In this document: positions 8,184 through 16,358 of the stretch, piece by piece
Layout: the number at the start of each line of letters is the position of its first letter
Numbering within the stretch: position 1 is the stretch's first letter
Notes under the pieces: model-generated
What the model saw: the letters and a program-made list of their open reading frames with translations, nothing else
Databases searched by the model: none
What the model was told of the DNA's origin: nothing
Position numbers and translations under genes: made by a program
Source: an uncultured Actinomycetes bacterium
GTDB lineage: Bacteria; Actinomycetota; Actinomycetes; Streptosporangiales; Streptosporangiaceae
Length of the DNA stretch: 64,000 bases
Assembly (NCBI GenBank): GCA_963739135.1
Contig: CAVTZG010000026.1
Span: 192,105-256,104, forward strand
Direction: 5' to 3'

Positions 8184-9803
8184 ATGACACCGGTGTTCGG
8201 GCTCTGCGATCAGTACGTGACGCGGTTGGCGGCGCTGGATCCGGTCTCGGCCGCGATGCTGGGCCTGGCCGGCGCCTTCGGCCCGGCCACCGACTACGGC
8301 CCGGACGGCGTGGCCGCCCGGGCCGAGCTCGTCACCGAGACGCTGGCCGCGCTCGAGCCGGTCACCGTCTCCTGCGAAGCCGACCGGATAGCCGCCGCGT
8401 TCCTGCGCGAGCGGCTCGAGGCGCAGCGGGCCTGGAACGAGAGCCGGGAGCCGTTCCGGCAGCTGCGCGCCCCGCTCGGCCTGATCAGCGCCATCCGGGA
8501 CAGCGTGGACCTGCTGCCGCGGGACGGCGACGACGCCTGGCGGAACATCGCCGCCCGGCTGGCCGCCATCCCGGGCATGTTCACCAGCTGGCGTGTGAGC
8601 CTGGAGACCGGGCTCAGCCTGGGCCTGCCCGCCGCGCGGCGGCAGGCGGTCGAAGCCGCCATCGCCGCCGAGCAGTGCGTGAGCTCGCACGACGCACTGG
8701 TCGCCTCATATGGCGACGGACCGCTGGCCGCCGAGCTGGCGGCCGCCGCCGCCCAGGCCTACCAGGGCTACGCCGATACCGCGCGCTACCTGCGCGAGGA
8801 TTACGCGCCCCGGGCCAGCGAGGTGGACGGCGTCGGCCGTGAACGGTACGCGGTGGGGGCCCGGCTCAGCCTGGGCGCGGACATCGACCTCGACGAAGCG
8901 TACGAGTGGGGCTGGGCCGAGCTGCGCCGGATCCAGGCCGAGATGAGAGCCGAGGCCGGCCAGATCAAGCCCGGCGCGAGCGTGCCGGAAGCGACCGCCA
9001 TCCTCAACGAATCCGGCTACGTGACCGGCGACGAGGCCTACCTGGCCTGGCTGCAGGATCGCCACGACTGGGCCATCGAGCAGCTGGACGGCGTGCACTT
9101 CGACATCCCTGCACCGCTGCGCACGATCGAGGTGGTGCTGGCCCGCGGCTCGACGTCGGGCGCGGCCTACTACACCGGGCCCAGCGAGGACCTGACCAGG
9201 CCCGGACGCACCTGGTGGCCGCTCGGCGGCCGCGACCCGAACGGCCGGTTCCAGACCTGGTCCGAGCTTTCCACCGTCTTCCACGAGGGCGTGCCCGGCC
9301 ACCACCTGCAGGTCGGCGCGGCCAAGACGGCCGGGGATTCGCTGTCCCGGTTCGCCAAGACCAACTTCGTCAGCGGCCACGGTGAGGGCTGGGCCCTGTA
9401 CGCCGAGCGGCTGGCCGACGAGCTCGGCTGGTTCACCGAGCCGGGTACCCGTCTGGGCATGCTCGGCGGATCGGCGCTGCGCGCCGCCCGGGTCGTCATC
9501 GACATCGGCGTCCACCTGGACCTGCCGCTGCCCGATGGCTCACGCTGGACCTTCGAGCGGGCCTGCGAAGTGCTCCGCACCCGTGGCCGCGGCGAGCCGC
9601 ACCAGATCCACGCCGAGGTGGTCCGCTACTTCGGCTGGCCGGGCCAGGCCATCTCCTACAAGCTCGGGGAGCGCGGCTGGCTGGCCGCCCGGGCCGAGGC
9701 GATGCGGCGGCCGGATTTCGACCTGAAGCGGTGGCACACCGCGGCACTGAGCCTGGGCCCGATCGGCCTGGCCGACCTGGCCGAAGAGCTCGGCCGGCGG
9801 TGA
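8184..9803 (+). CDS. DUF885-family protein (metallopeptidase-like)
   Basis: FHEGVPGHHLQ motif, GEGWALYAE, and a length and layout typical of DUF885. Confidence 0.8.
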   Translation: MTPVFGLCDQYVTRLAALDPVSAAMLGLAGAFGPATDYGPDGVAARAELVTETLAALEPVTVSCEADRIAAAFLRERLEAQRAWNESREPFRQLRAPLGLISAIRDSVDLLPRDGDDAWRNIAARLAAIPGMFTSWRVSLETGLSLGLPAARRQAVEAAIAAEQCVSSHDALVASYGDGPLAAELAAAAAQAYQGYADTARYLREDYAPRASEVDGVGRERYAVGARLSLGADIDLDEAYEWGWAELRRIQAEMRAEAGQIKPGASVPEATAILNESGYVTGDEAYLAWLQDRHDWAIEQLDGVHFDIPAPLRTIEVVLARGSTSGAAYYTGPSEDLTRPGRTWWPLGGRDPNGRFQTWSELSTVFHEGVPGHHLQVGAAKTAGDSLSRFAKTNFVSGHGEGWALYAERLADELGWFTEPGTRLGMLGGSALRAARVVIDIGVHLDLPLPDGSRWTFERACEVLRTRGRGEPHQIHAEVVRYFGWPGQAISYKLGERGWLAARAEAMRRPDFDLKRWHTAALSLGPIGLADLAEELGRR

Positions 9804-10080
9804 CCGGGGGTGGAACCACCCACACCAGGCTGTCGGCTCGCCCCGGGCTAGAGCAGGGCCGGCGTCCCTTTTCCTGGTAATGGGGCCTTAATTGACGCTT
9901 GCCCTGGCTGCGGGGCCAGTCTGAGCGGCTGCCCTGCCCGCGGAGCCGTCTCGCGGAGCCATCTCGCAACCGGGACTATCCGCAGGTACGTTCGGGGCCG
10001 GCGCGGCACTGCCGGGACGGGCCGGCGTCCGGCGCCGGTCCGCGTCCCTGGTGTCACACCAGTTCCATGTCTCCCAATAT

Positions 10081-11994
10081 CGCGGTGGATTCCGGTTCTG
10101 CGGTTGATTTCGGGTGCTGGGTAAGCGTTCCAAAATAAAGTAAGTTTCCGGTGTGTCGTGGGCTCTATTGTGCTATTTGCGGAGGCGTCCGCGCGGCGGG
10201 GGGCCGGGGATGGTGATCCCGGCGGTGGCGGCGTGGCGTCGCAGGTCTTGTGGGGTGCGGACGCGGACGGGGCCGGGTGCGAGGGCGGGATGGCTGGTGC
10301 CGAGCAGGCTGGTGATGGCCTGGCAGGCTTCGGCGATGGTGGTGTGGTGCGCGCCGAGCAGGGCGGCGATGTGGGTGCTGGGCATGCCGAGCCGGTGGTG
10401 GCAGATGGCGGCCAGCAGCTGGGTTTCCAGGGTGTACTTGAAGGGGGCGGCCGGGCCGGTGCGGGCGCGGCGGGAGTGGCCGCGGTCCAGGTGGAGCCGC
10501 TGCTCGCGGGCGGCGGCCCAGGGCAGTTCGAGGCTGGCGGCCAGCGCGGCGAGGTCTGCACGGAGCAGGCCGGTCAGCTGCGGGCTGGCCAGGGCGGCCA
10601 CGACGGGAGCCAGAGCGGCCAGAGCGGCGGTGGCCGCCGGGAGCATGGCGGGCTCTGGCCGGGGTTCCGGGGCGGGCCGCAGGACGGGCAGGAGGGTGCA
10701 GTTCCACTCGCCGTGGAAGCGGTGGCGGGTTAAGGCCCTGGCCTCCAGGTCGTGCATCTGCTCGTCGCTGACCTGGGTTCCGGTGGGGTAGCGGTTCTGG
10801 TCCAGGACGGCGGTGACGGTCAGCCCGGTGGCGGTCCTGGTCGCGGCGATGGTGTTGATGATGACGTCGTGGCTGGTCAGCGGGCGGCCGCGCCAGTTCA
10901 GGGTGATCTGGGAGAACAGCCGGTGCTCAATCTTGTTCCACTTGGAGGTGCCGGGCGGGAAATGGCAGACGGTGATCTCCAGCCCGCTGTCCTGCGCGAA
11001 CTGGGCCAGCCCGGCCTTCCAGGCCCGGTTGCGCCAGCCGTTGGCCCCGCCGGCGTCGCAGCACACCAGCAGCCGGCCCGCACCCGGGTAGACGTCCCGG
11101 CCGGCCAGGTCCCACCAGCGGCGGATGGACTCCACCGCCAGCGCAGCGGTGTTGTGGTCGGTGCCCACGTTGACGAACCCGGTGCTGGCGGCCACGTCGT
11201 AGACCCCGTACGGGATCGCGTGCCCGCCGTCCTGGTCCGCGAAGCTGTGGTCACGGACCTTCACCGGGTCCCCCGCCGGCCGCCATTCCCGCCCGGCCTG
11301 CGCATACTCCCCGGCTTCCTCTTTCTTCTTCGCGTCCACGCTGATCACCGGCTGCCCGGCGGCCAGGCGCTCCTTAGCCTGCGCGGCGATATACCGGAAC
11401 TGGGCGTCCCGGTCCGGGTGCCGCCGGCCCTCGGTCACCTTCGCGTTGGCCTGGGTGGAGAACCCCTGCTCGTGCAGCAGCCGCCAGGCCGTCTGCGGGC
11501 TGCACCGGTGCCCCTGACGCGTCAGCTCGGCCGGCAAGTTCTTCGCGCTCTTCGTCGTCCACAGCAGCGGCGACTCCGGGTCCCCCCGGGCCGAGTCCGC
11601 CACCAGGGCCAGCAGCGCGGGCACCAGCCCGGGATCGGTCCCGGCGAGCTTCTTGCGGCCCGCACCCGGCCGCCGGACCCGGCCTTCCGGCACGACCTGG
11701 CCAGAGCCCAGCTCTGCCGCGCCGTTCGCGACCGTCTGCCAGGACGCCCCGGTCATCTTGGCCACCGCCGTGACCCCGCCGTCCCCGGCCGCCCGCGCCA
11801 CCGCCCCCAGCGTCAGCCGCCGCGCCTTCTCATCCAGCTCCGGCAGCAGCAGCCCCAGCTCCGGCCCGATAAGCTTCAAAAACTCCGCGTTCGCGCCCAT
11901 ACGCCATCCTGGCACGCGACACGCCGGAAACTCAGGTTATTCCGGAATGTCTGCGGAATCCCGCCAATCAACCGCAAAGCATGAATCAACCGCG
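10081..11994 (-). mobile_element. ISAzo13-like insertion sequence (~1.9 kb) with ~80-bp imperfect terminal inverted repeats
   Basis: Left end 10081..10160 is cgcggtggattccggttctgcggttgatt...aagtttccggtgtgtcgtg. The reverse complement of 11913..11994 is cgcggttgattcatgctttgcggttgatt...gagtttccggcgtgtcgcgtg. A single transposase ORF fills the interior. Confidence 0.8.
10173..11915 (-). CDS. ISAzo13-family DDE transposase with C-terminal extension
   Basis: WTTKSAKNLPAELTRQGHRCSPQTAWRLLHEQGFSTQANAKV, ISVDAKKKE and HFPPGTSKWNKIEHRLFS are typical of the ISAzo13/DDE_Tnp_ISAZ013 family. The last ~150 aa (PFKYTLETQLLAAICHHRLGMPSTHIAALLG) resemble the HTH N-terminus of DDE_Tnp_4-type transposases. Confidence 0.85.
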   Translation of the reverse strand: MPGWRMGANAEFLKLIGPELGLLLPELDEKARRLTLGAVARAAGDGGVTAVAKMTGASWQTVANGAAELGSGQVVPEGRVRRPGAGRKKLAGTDPGLVPALLALVADSARGDPESPLLWTTKSAKNLPAELTRQGHRCSPQTAWRLLHEQGFSTQANAKVTEGRRHPDRDAQFRYIAAQAKERLAAGQPVISVDAKKKEEAGEYAQAGREWRPAGDPVKVRDHSFADQDGGHAIPYGVYDVAASTGFVNVGTDHNTAALAVESIRRWWDLAGRDVYPGAGRLLVCCDAGGANGWRNRAWKAGLAQFAQDSGLEITVCHFPPGTSKWNKIEHRLFSQITLNWRGRPLTSHDVIINTIAATRTATGLTVTAVLDQNRYPTGTQVSDEQMHDLEARALTRHRFHGEWNCTLLPVLRPAPEPRPEPAMLPAATAALAALAPVVAALASPQLTGLLRADLAALAASLELPWAAAREQRLHLDRGHSRRARTGPAAPFKYTLETQLLAAICHHRLGMPSTHIAALLGAHHTTIAEACQAITSLLGTSHPALAPGPVRVRTPQDLRRHAATAGITIPGPPPRGRLRK

Positions 11995-13079
11995 CAAATG
12001 TGACCGCTGAGGCCAGTGATCCGGCTCGCGCCGCGCAGCTCATGATCGCGAGCACTTGTACCCGGCGATCGGGCCGAGATCATCAGGATGGGGGGCTGGG
12101 CCGAGGGCGTAGTGGCTGGGCCGGGAGTAACGACTGAGGTCCCAGGACCTAGCCGGCCGGCAATCACTCCCAAGGAGCCGCACCCAGGACCCCTCGGTCC
12201 GGTTGTAACCGGCGCAGGTGTCCATCGTCCCGGCTGGCCAGCCCGGGCCCGGGTGGCGCCGCCCGCATAATCGACTGGCCAAGGCCAGGTGAGCAGGTCT
12301 GCGGGTGCTGATCGGGGCTGCTCGGCAGGCGGGAGCCTGACATGGACGGTGATGCAGTCCTGGGAATGCCCGACCGGCGTCACCGGCCAGTGGGCCGAGA
12401 TCATGGCCAGCACCTTCCGGTTGCCCGCTAGCACGTCCATGGCCAGCGTGGTCACGCCGCGGCCCTGGACGGCGGTGATCAGCGCGCGCATCAGGGCCGC
12501 GCCCACGCCCCGGCCCTGCCAGGCGTCGGCGACCACTATGCCGACGTCCGGCGCCGGCGTGGCCCCGCAACCGTGGGCCGTTTCTGGGCCGCACGGATCC
12601 GAGGGAGGGGCGGCGTCCGCCGCCATGGCGTGCCCGATGATGACGCCGTCCCGGACCGCCACCACGGCATCGACATCGCCGGGCTCGCCGCACAACAGCC
12701 GGAGCAGGGCGGAGTTCGGCGTGACCGGCGCGAAGAATCTGAGGTAACGGGTCCGCGCCGATAGCCTGGCAAAGAAGTCGCCAAGCGTGGGGAAGTCAGC
12801 CGCTTCAGCCCGCCGGACCGTGAATGCGGCGCTGGCATGCTCATCCGCGAAGCCGATGCTGGCTTGCTCGCTCGTGACGCCGGCGCTGGCTTGCTCGCTC
12901 GTGAAGCCCGCGCTGGCTTGCTCGCTCGTGAGGCCGGCGCTGGCTTGCTCGCTCGTGAAGCCCGCGCTGGCTTGCTCGCTCGTGAGGCCGGCGCTGGCTT
13001 GCTCGCTCGTGAAGCCCGCGCTGACCAGTTCCGTCACGGAGCGGGTACCACTGGCCGGCTCCATCTGGGTTCGATCCAT
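11937..13079 (-). CDS. GNAT-family N-acetyltransferase with N-terminal 9-aa tandem repeats; 3' end runs into the IS
   Basis: GNAT core VGIVVADAWQGRGVGAALMRALI. N-terminal (SAGFTSEQA)n. Start taken at MDRTQ (13079; alternatives 13127 and 13064). The part of ORF 11937..13547 above 13134 is antisense to hxlR. The low-complexity C-terminal tail ends 57 nt inside the IS right inverted repeat. Confidence 0.65.
   Translation of the reverse strand: MDRTQMEPASGTRSVTELVSAGFTSEQASAGLTSEQASAGFTSEQASAGLTSEQASAGFTSEQASAGVTSEQASIGFADEHASAAFTVRRAEAADFPTLGDFFARLSARTRYLRFFAPVTPNSALLRLLCGEPGDVDAVVAVRDGVIIGHAMAADAAPPSDPCGPETAHGCGATPAPDVGIVVADAWQGRGVGAALMRALITAVQGRGVTTLAMDVLAGNRKVLAMISAHWPVTPVGHSQDCITVHVRLPPAEQPRSAPADLLTWPWPVDYAGGATRARAGQPGRWTPAPVTTGPRGPGCGSLGVIAGRLGPGTSVVTPGPATTPSAQPPILMISARSPGTSARDHELRGASRITGLSGHICAVDSCFAVDWRDSADIPE
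12831..13023 (-). repeat. 27-bp tandem repeat, ~7 units, coding (SAG[FLV]TSEQA)n
   Basis: gctggcttgctcgctcgtgaRgccSgc is repeated head to tail. The units alternate between two variants. Confidence 0.9.
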
Positions 13080-13133
13080 GAACTCAGCATCCGCCGGATT
13101 GCTGAGTCTGTCAATCAGACTTAGCATGCGTTC

Positions 13134-13610
13134 ATGGAACGGCCCTGGATTCTGGACTTTGACTCGGCCAACTGCGCGATCGGCGCGGCAGTGGGGATCA
13201 TCGGCGAGCGGCAGACCTTCCTGGTGCTGCGCGAAGCCTTCAACGGCGTGCGCCGGTTCGATGACATGCAGCGCCGCACCGGAATGCCCCGGCAGGTGCT
13301 CAGCCAGCGCCTGGCCCGCCTGGTGGAGGAGGGTCTGCTCCGCAGGGTGCCCTACCAGGACAGCGGTCAGCGCAGCCGGGATGAGTACCGGCTCACCGGC
13401 AAGGGTCTCGACCTGTATCCGGTGCTGGTGGCGCTCATGGACTGGGGCGACAAGCATGCGGTAGGTCCGGCCGGCTCGCAGGTCGAGCTGCGGCACCGTG
13501 ACTGCGGAGAGCCGGTGCGGCTGCAGCTGTCCTGCCAGGCCGGCCACGTCCTGGAATCGGCGCGTGAGGTCACGCCGGTGCCGGGGCCCGGAGCCCGCAA
13601 GATCGCCTAG
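13134..13610 (+). CDS. HxlR-family winged-helix transcriptional regulator
   Basis: CAIGAAVGIIGERQTFLVLREAFNGVRRFDDMQRRTGMPRQVLSQRLARLVEEGLL. Divergent from the GNAT gene. Confidence 0.8.
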   Translation: MERPWILDFDSANCAIGAAVGIIGERQTFLVLREAFNGVRRFDDMQRRTGMPRQVLSQRLARLVEEGLLRRVPYQDSGQRSRDEYRLTGKGLDLYPVLVALMDWGDKHAVGPAGSQVELRHRDCGEPVRLQLSCQAGHVLESAREVTPVPGPGARKIA

Positions 13611-13618
13611 AGACGGAG

Positions 13619-14296
13619 TCAGTAGCGGATGGCGATCTCGCGGCCCTGCGGGTCGCGCTGCGGCCGGGCCGGGATGATGACCGCCCGGCCGGCGGTGATG
13701 CGGGTCGCGCTCCAGGCCACCGCGGCCGCGTCAAGCACGTCGCCCAGCAGGCCCGCCGCGATGGCCAGCGGGATCTCGATGCCCGCTTCGGCCAGCAGCC
13801 TGCGGCGCAGGTCGCGCCCGGCCGGGGTGTGCTTGCTGGCCGGCAGCGGCGCCCCGGCCAGCGCGCCGAACGCCAGCTCTGGATGCACCTCATACAGCGG
13901 ATGCCCGCACGTCTGCCAGTAGAGATTGGCCTCGAGCAGCTTGGCCCGCAATCCCCAGGCCTGCGCGCTGAAGCCCTGACCGGTGAGCTCACGGCAGCGC
14001 TGGTTCGCCAGAGCGTAGCTCGCCTCGGCCCAGACCGCCCGCGGCGGGATCGCGAAGACCGAACTGCGGCGCGGCCCGAGCAGGCTGCGGGCGGCCCGGT
14101 CGGCTTCGCGCCAGCCCGACTCGAGCAGCCCGAGCGGCATGTCGATTCCGACGGTCCCGGCACCATCGCCGCCTGGGCCGGGCCCGAGCAGCGCCGCCAG
14201 CTCCGCGTCCACCCGGACCGTCGCGGCCATGCTGCTCGTCTCCAGCGACACTGCCACCCAGCCGCGCCGGCAGGCATCCACTCCCGTCGCGCGCAT
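13619..14296 (-). CDS. DUF429-domain protein (RNase H-like fold)
   Basis: MRATGVDACRRGWVAVSLE...GIDMPLGL pattern as in DUF429. Start trimmed to MRATG. Confidence 0.55.
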   Translation of the reverse strand: MRATGVDACRRGWVAVSLETSSMAATVRVDAELAALLGPGPGGDGAGTVGIDMPLGLLESGWREADRAARSLLGPRRSSVFAIPPRAVWAEASYALANQRCRELTGQGFSAQAWGLRAKLLEANLYWQTCGHPLYEVHPELAFGALAGAPLPASKHTPAGRDLRRRLLAEAGIEIPLAIAAGLLGDVLDAAAVAWSATRITAGRAVIIPARPQRDPQGREIAIRY

Positions 14297-14396
14297 ACCG
14301 CTACGGTGGCACACCATTCCCGTGGGGTCCTGTTTTCTGCGGCCTTGTCCGGCGAGGCTACCCTTCCGCTGCCCGGCGAGCCGCTAGGGTTTTCTG

Positions 14397-15362
14397 GTGG
14401 CCGAGGGCACAGCCAGCGTCACTGATGAACGGGTAGGACATGCCGGCACCGACCCGGTCCTGGTGCGCTGCACGGCACCGGACGCGCTGTCCAACCTCGT
14501 CGCCGTCCTGGAGCTGGCCGCCGACGGCCAGCTGAGGTGCAGCGCGGTTACCCGCCGGCCGTCCGCCACGACCACCAAGCTCGTCGAGGATTCTCTGGTC
14601 GCGGGGGATTTCTACGATGCTGGCGAGCCCATCGCGGCCTTTGCCTGGCCGCTGCTGATCCAGATCGGGGGACTGGCGCAGTTCACGGGCGCCGAGCTCG
14701 AACTGACCGCGCGCGGCCGCGCGGTGCTCGCCGGACCGTCCTACCAGGCGCTCGGGGCGCTGTGGGCCCGCTGGCTGAAGAGCGTCTCATTCGACGAGCT
14801 GACCCGGATCGAAGCGATCAAGGGCCAGCGCAAGGCCGCGACGCTGACCCCGCCCGCCAAGCGGCGCCCCACGGTAGCCGCGGGGCTCGCCGCGCTGGAG
14901 CCGGGAGCCTGGACCGGAGTCGATGAGCTGCTCGCGATCCTGGCGGCCCAGCATCCGCCGCTCGTGGTGGCCAGGAGCCTGATGGCGCTCTGGCGGCTGT
15001 ACCTGATCGACTCCTACCACGGCACCCTCGGCCACGCCGGCCGCCAGGCCTGGGACATCGTGGAGGGCAGGTACGCGCTCTGCGTGCTGTTCGAGTACGC
15101 GGCCACCATGGGCCTCATCGACGTGGCGTACGCCGACCCGCGCGGCGCACGCGACGATTACCGCGGCGTATGGGGCGCCGACCGTTACGCCTGCCTGTCT
15201 CGCTATGACGGCTTGGTCGCGGTGCGGGTCAACGAGCTGGGCGCCGCGATCCTGCACGACCCGGCCGCGCTGCCCGGTCTCGGCCTGCCCGTGCCACGCC
15301 ATTCCGTGATCCCGACGCAAATGCCCCCAACCAAAGGCAGGGCCGGACTGTCATATAGATAG
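14397..15362 (+). CDS. hypothetical protein
   Basis: 321-aa ORF with balanced, protein-like composition (WARWLKSVSFDELTRIEAIKGQRK). No family was confidently recognised. Confidence 0.4.
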   Translation: MAEGTASVTDERVGHAGTDPVLVRCTAPDALSNLVAVLELAADGQLRCSAVTRRPSATTTKLVEDSLVAGDFYDAGEPIAAFAWPLLIQIGGLAQFTGAELELTARGRAVLAGPSYQALGALWARWLKSVSFDELTRIEAIKGQRKAATLTPPAKRRPTVAAGLAALEPGAWTGVDELLAILAAQHPPLVVARSLMALWRLYLIDSYHGTLGHAGRQAWDIVEGRYALCVLFEYAATMGLIDVAYADPRGARDDYRGVWGADRYACLSRYDGLVAVRVNELGAAILHDPAALPGLGLPVPRHSVIPTQMPPTKGRAGLSYR

Positions 15363-15395
15363 CGGTCTATAACGGACAGAAAATGTGGAGGCATC

Positions 15396-16358
15396 ATGAA
15401 ACGGTCAGGACTGACCGTAGCGGCCTGCCTGGCGCTCGTACTGGCGAGCGGTAGTGCCGCCGCGGCCACGGTAACTGCGGACACCGCCCACGCCGCCGTC
15501 ACCGCCCAGGCGCGGCCGGACGGCGACGGGCCGCCGGGGTTCTGGTGGGGCACCGACAGCTTGCCAGTCTCGGTGCCGGGCAGCGCGCCATACGTCATGC
15601 CGCACCTCGGGGGCGCCTACGGCGGTTACATCGGGATGATCGGGAACTGGGACTGGTGGCAGCGCTGCGGTGGCCAGGAACACTTCCTGGCTTATTCGGC
15701 CACCAACGCCGCGCAGGCGCGTACCAACTTCACCAAGTACGGCGCGGGCGTCGGGTTCGGCGTTTACTGGTTCATGGGCGGACCAGGCGTCGACCCGCAC
15801 TACAACGGCACCGCCGCGGAAGCTAGCTCGTGGGGGGCGCAGCAGGCAGCCAGGACGCTGGTCGACATCGCCAACGTCGGAGGCATCAACTACCGGGTCG
15901 TCTGGGCCGACATCGAGCTGCCAGGCATCTCGCCTGCGCCTGACAACGGCTGGAACAACGTCTACACCTCATCGTGCAGCGGCAGGGTGAAGCAGAGCTA
16001 CATCCCGGCGAGCGTGGACCGGGCCGAGTTCAACGGCTACGCGGCATACATCACGGCGCACTCGTCGTACAAGGTCGGCGTCTACTCCTCGGCTTCGGTC
16101 TGGTCGTCCATCTTCGGGACCGGCAGCGCCGCCGCCATCCCGAACACCTACGAGTGGACCTACGAACGGGAAACCGCGAGCCTCGGCAGCGCCCCGTACG
16201 GCTGGTGCCTCAACCACGGGTCGGGCAGCTGCGCGCAGTTCTTCGGCGGCCAGACCAATTCCAGCCGTTACGCCCTGATGTGGCAGTGGTCAGGCGGCGG
16301 CGGGGTCAGGAACGGAATCGGCGACTTCGACCAGATCAACGGCGTCCGGATGCGCTAG
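15396..16358 (+). CDS. secreted protein, possibly DUF1906/GH25-like glycoside-hydrolase fold
   Basis: Signal peptide MKRSGLTVAACLALVLASGSAAAATVTADTAHA. Trp/Tyr/Gly-rich mature domain (VVWADIELPG, MWQWSGGGG). The fold assignment is tentative. Confidence 0.5.
   Translation: MKRSGLTVAACLALVLASGSAAAATVTADTAHAAVTAQARPDGDGPPGFWWGTDSLPVSVPGSAPYVMPHLGGAYGGYIGMIGNWDWWQRCGGQEHFLAYSATNAAQARTNFTKYGAGVGFGVYWFMGGPGVDPHYNGTAAEASSWGAQQAARTLVDIANVGGINYRVVWADIELPGISPAPDNGWNNVYTSSCSGRVKQSYIPASVDRAEFNGYAAYITAHSSYKVGVYSSASVWSSIFGTGSAAAIPNTYEWTYERETASLGSAPYGWCLNHGSGSCAQFFGGQTNSSRYALMWQWSGGGGVRNGIGDFDQINGVRMR

Noticed and set aside
6297-8690. 797-aa minus-strand ORF
   Set aside because: It is antisense to fadB and the DUF885 gene, both of which have clear motifs, and it has a low-complexity Arg/Gly composition.
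9848-10561. 237-aa minus-strand ORF and other ORFs overlapping the IS (10153..10791, 10752..11984)
   Set aside because: They are off-frame or antisense to the ISAzo13-like transposase, and Pro/Arg/Ala-rich.
12831-13023. regularly spaced repeats considered as a possible CRISPR array
   Set aside because: The units are contiguous 27-bp tandem copies with no unique spacers, and they lie in a continuous reading frame.
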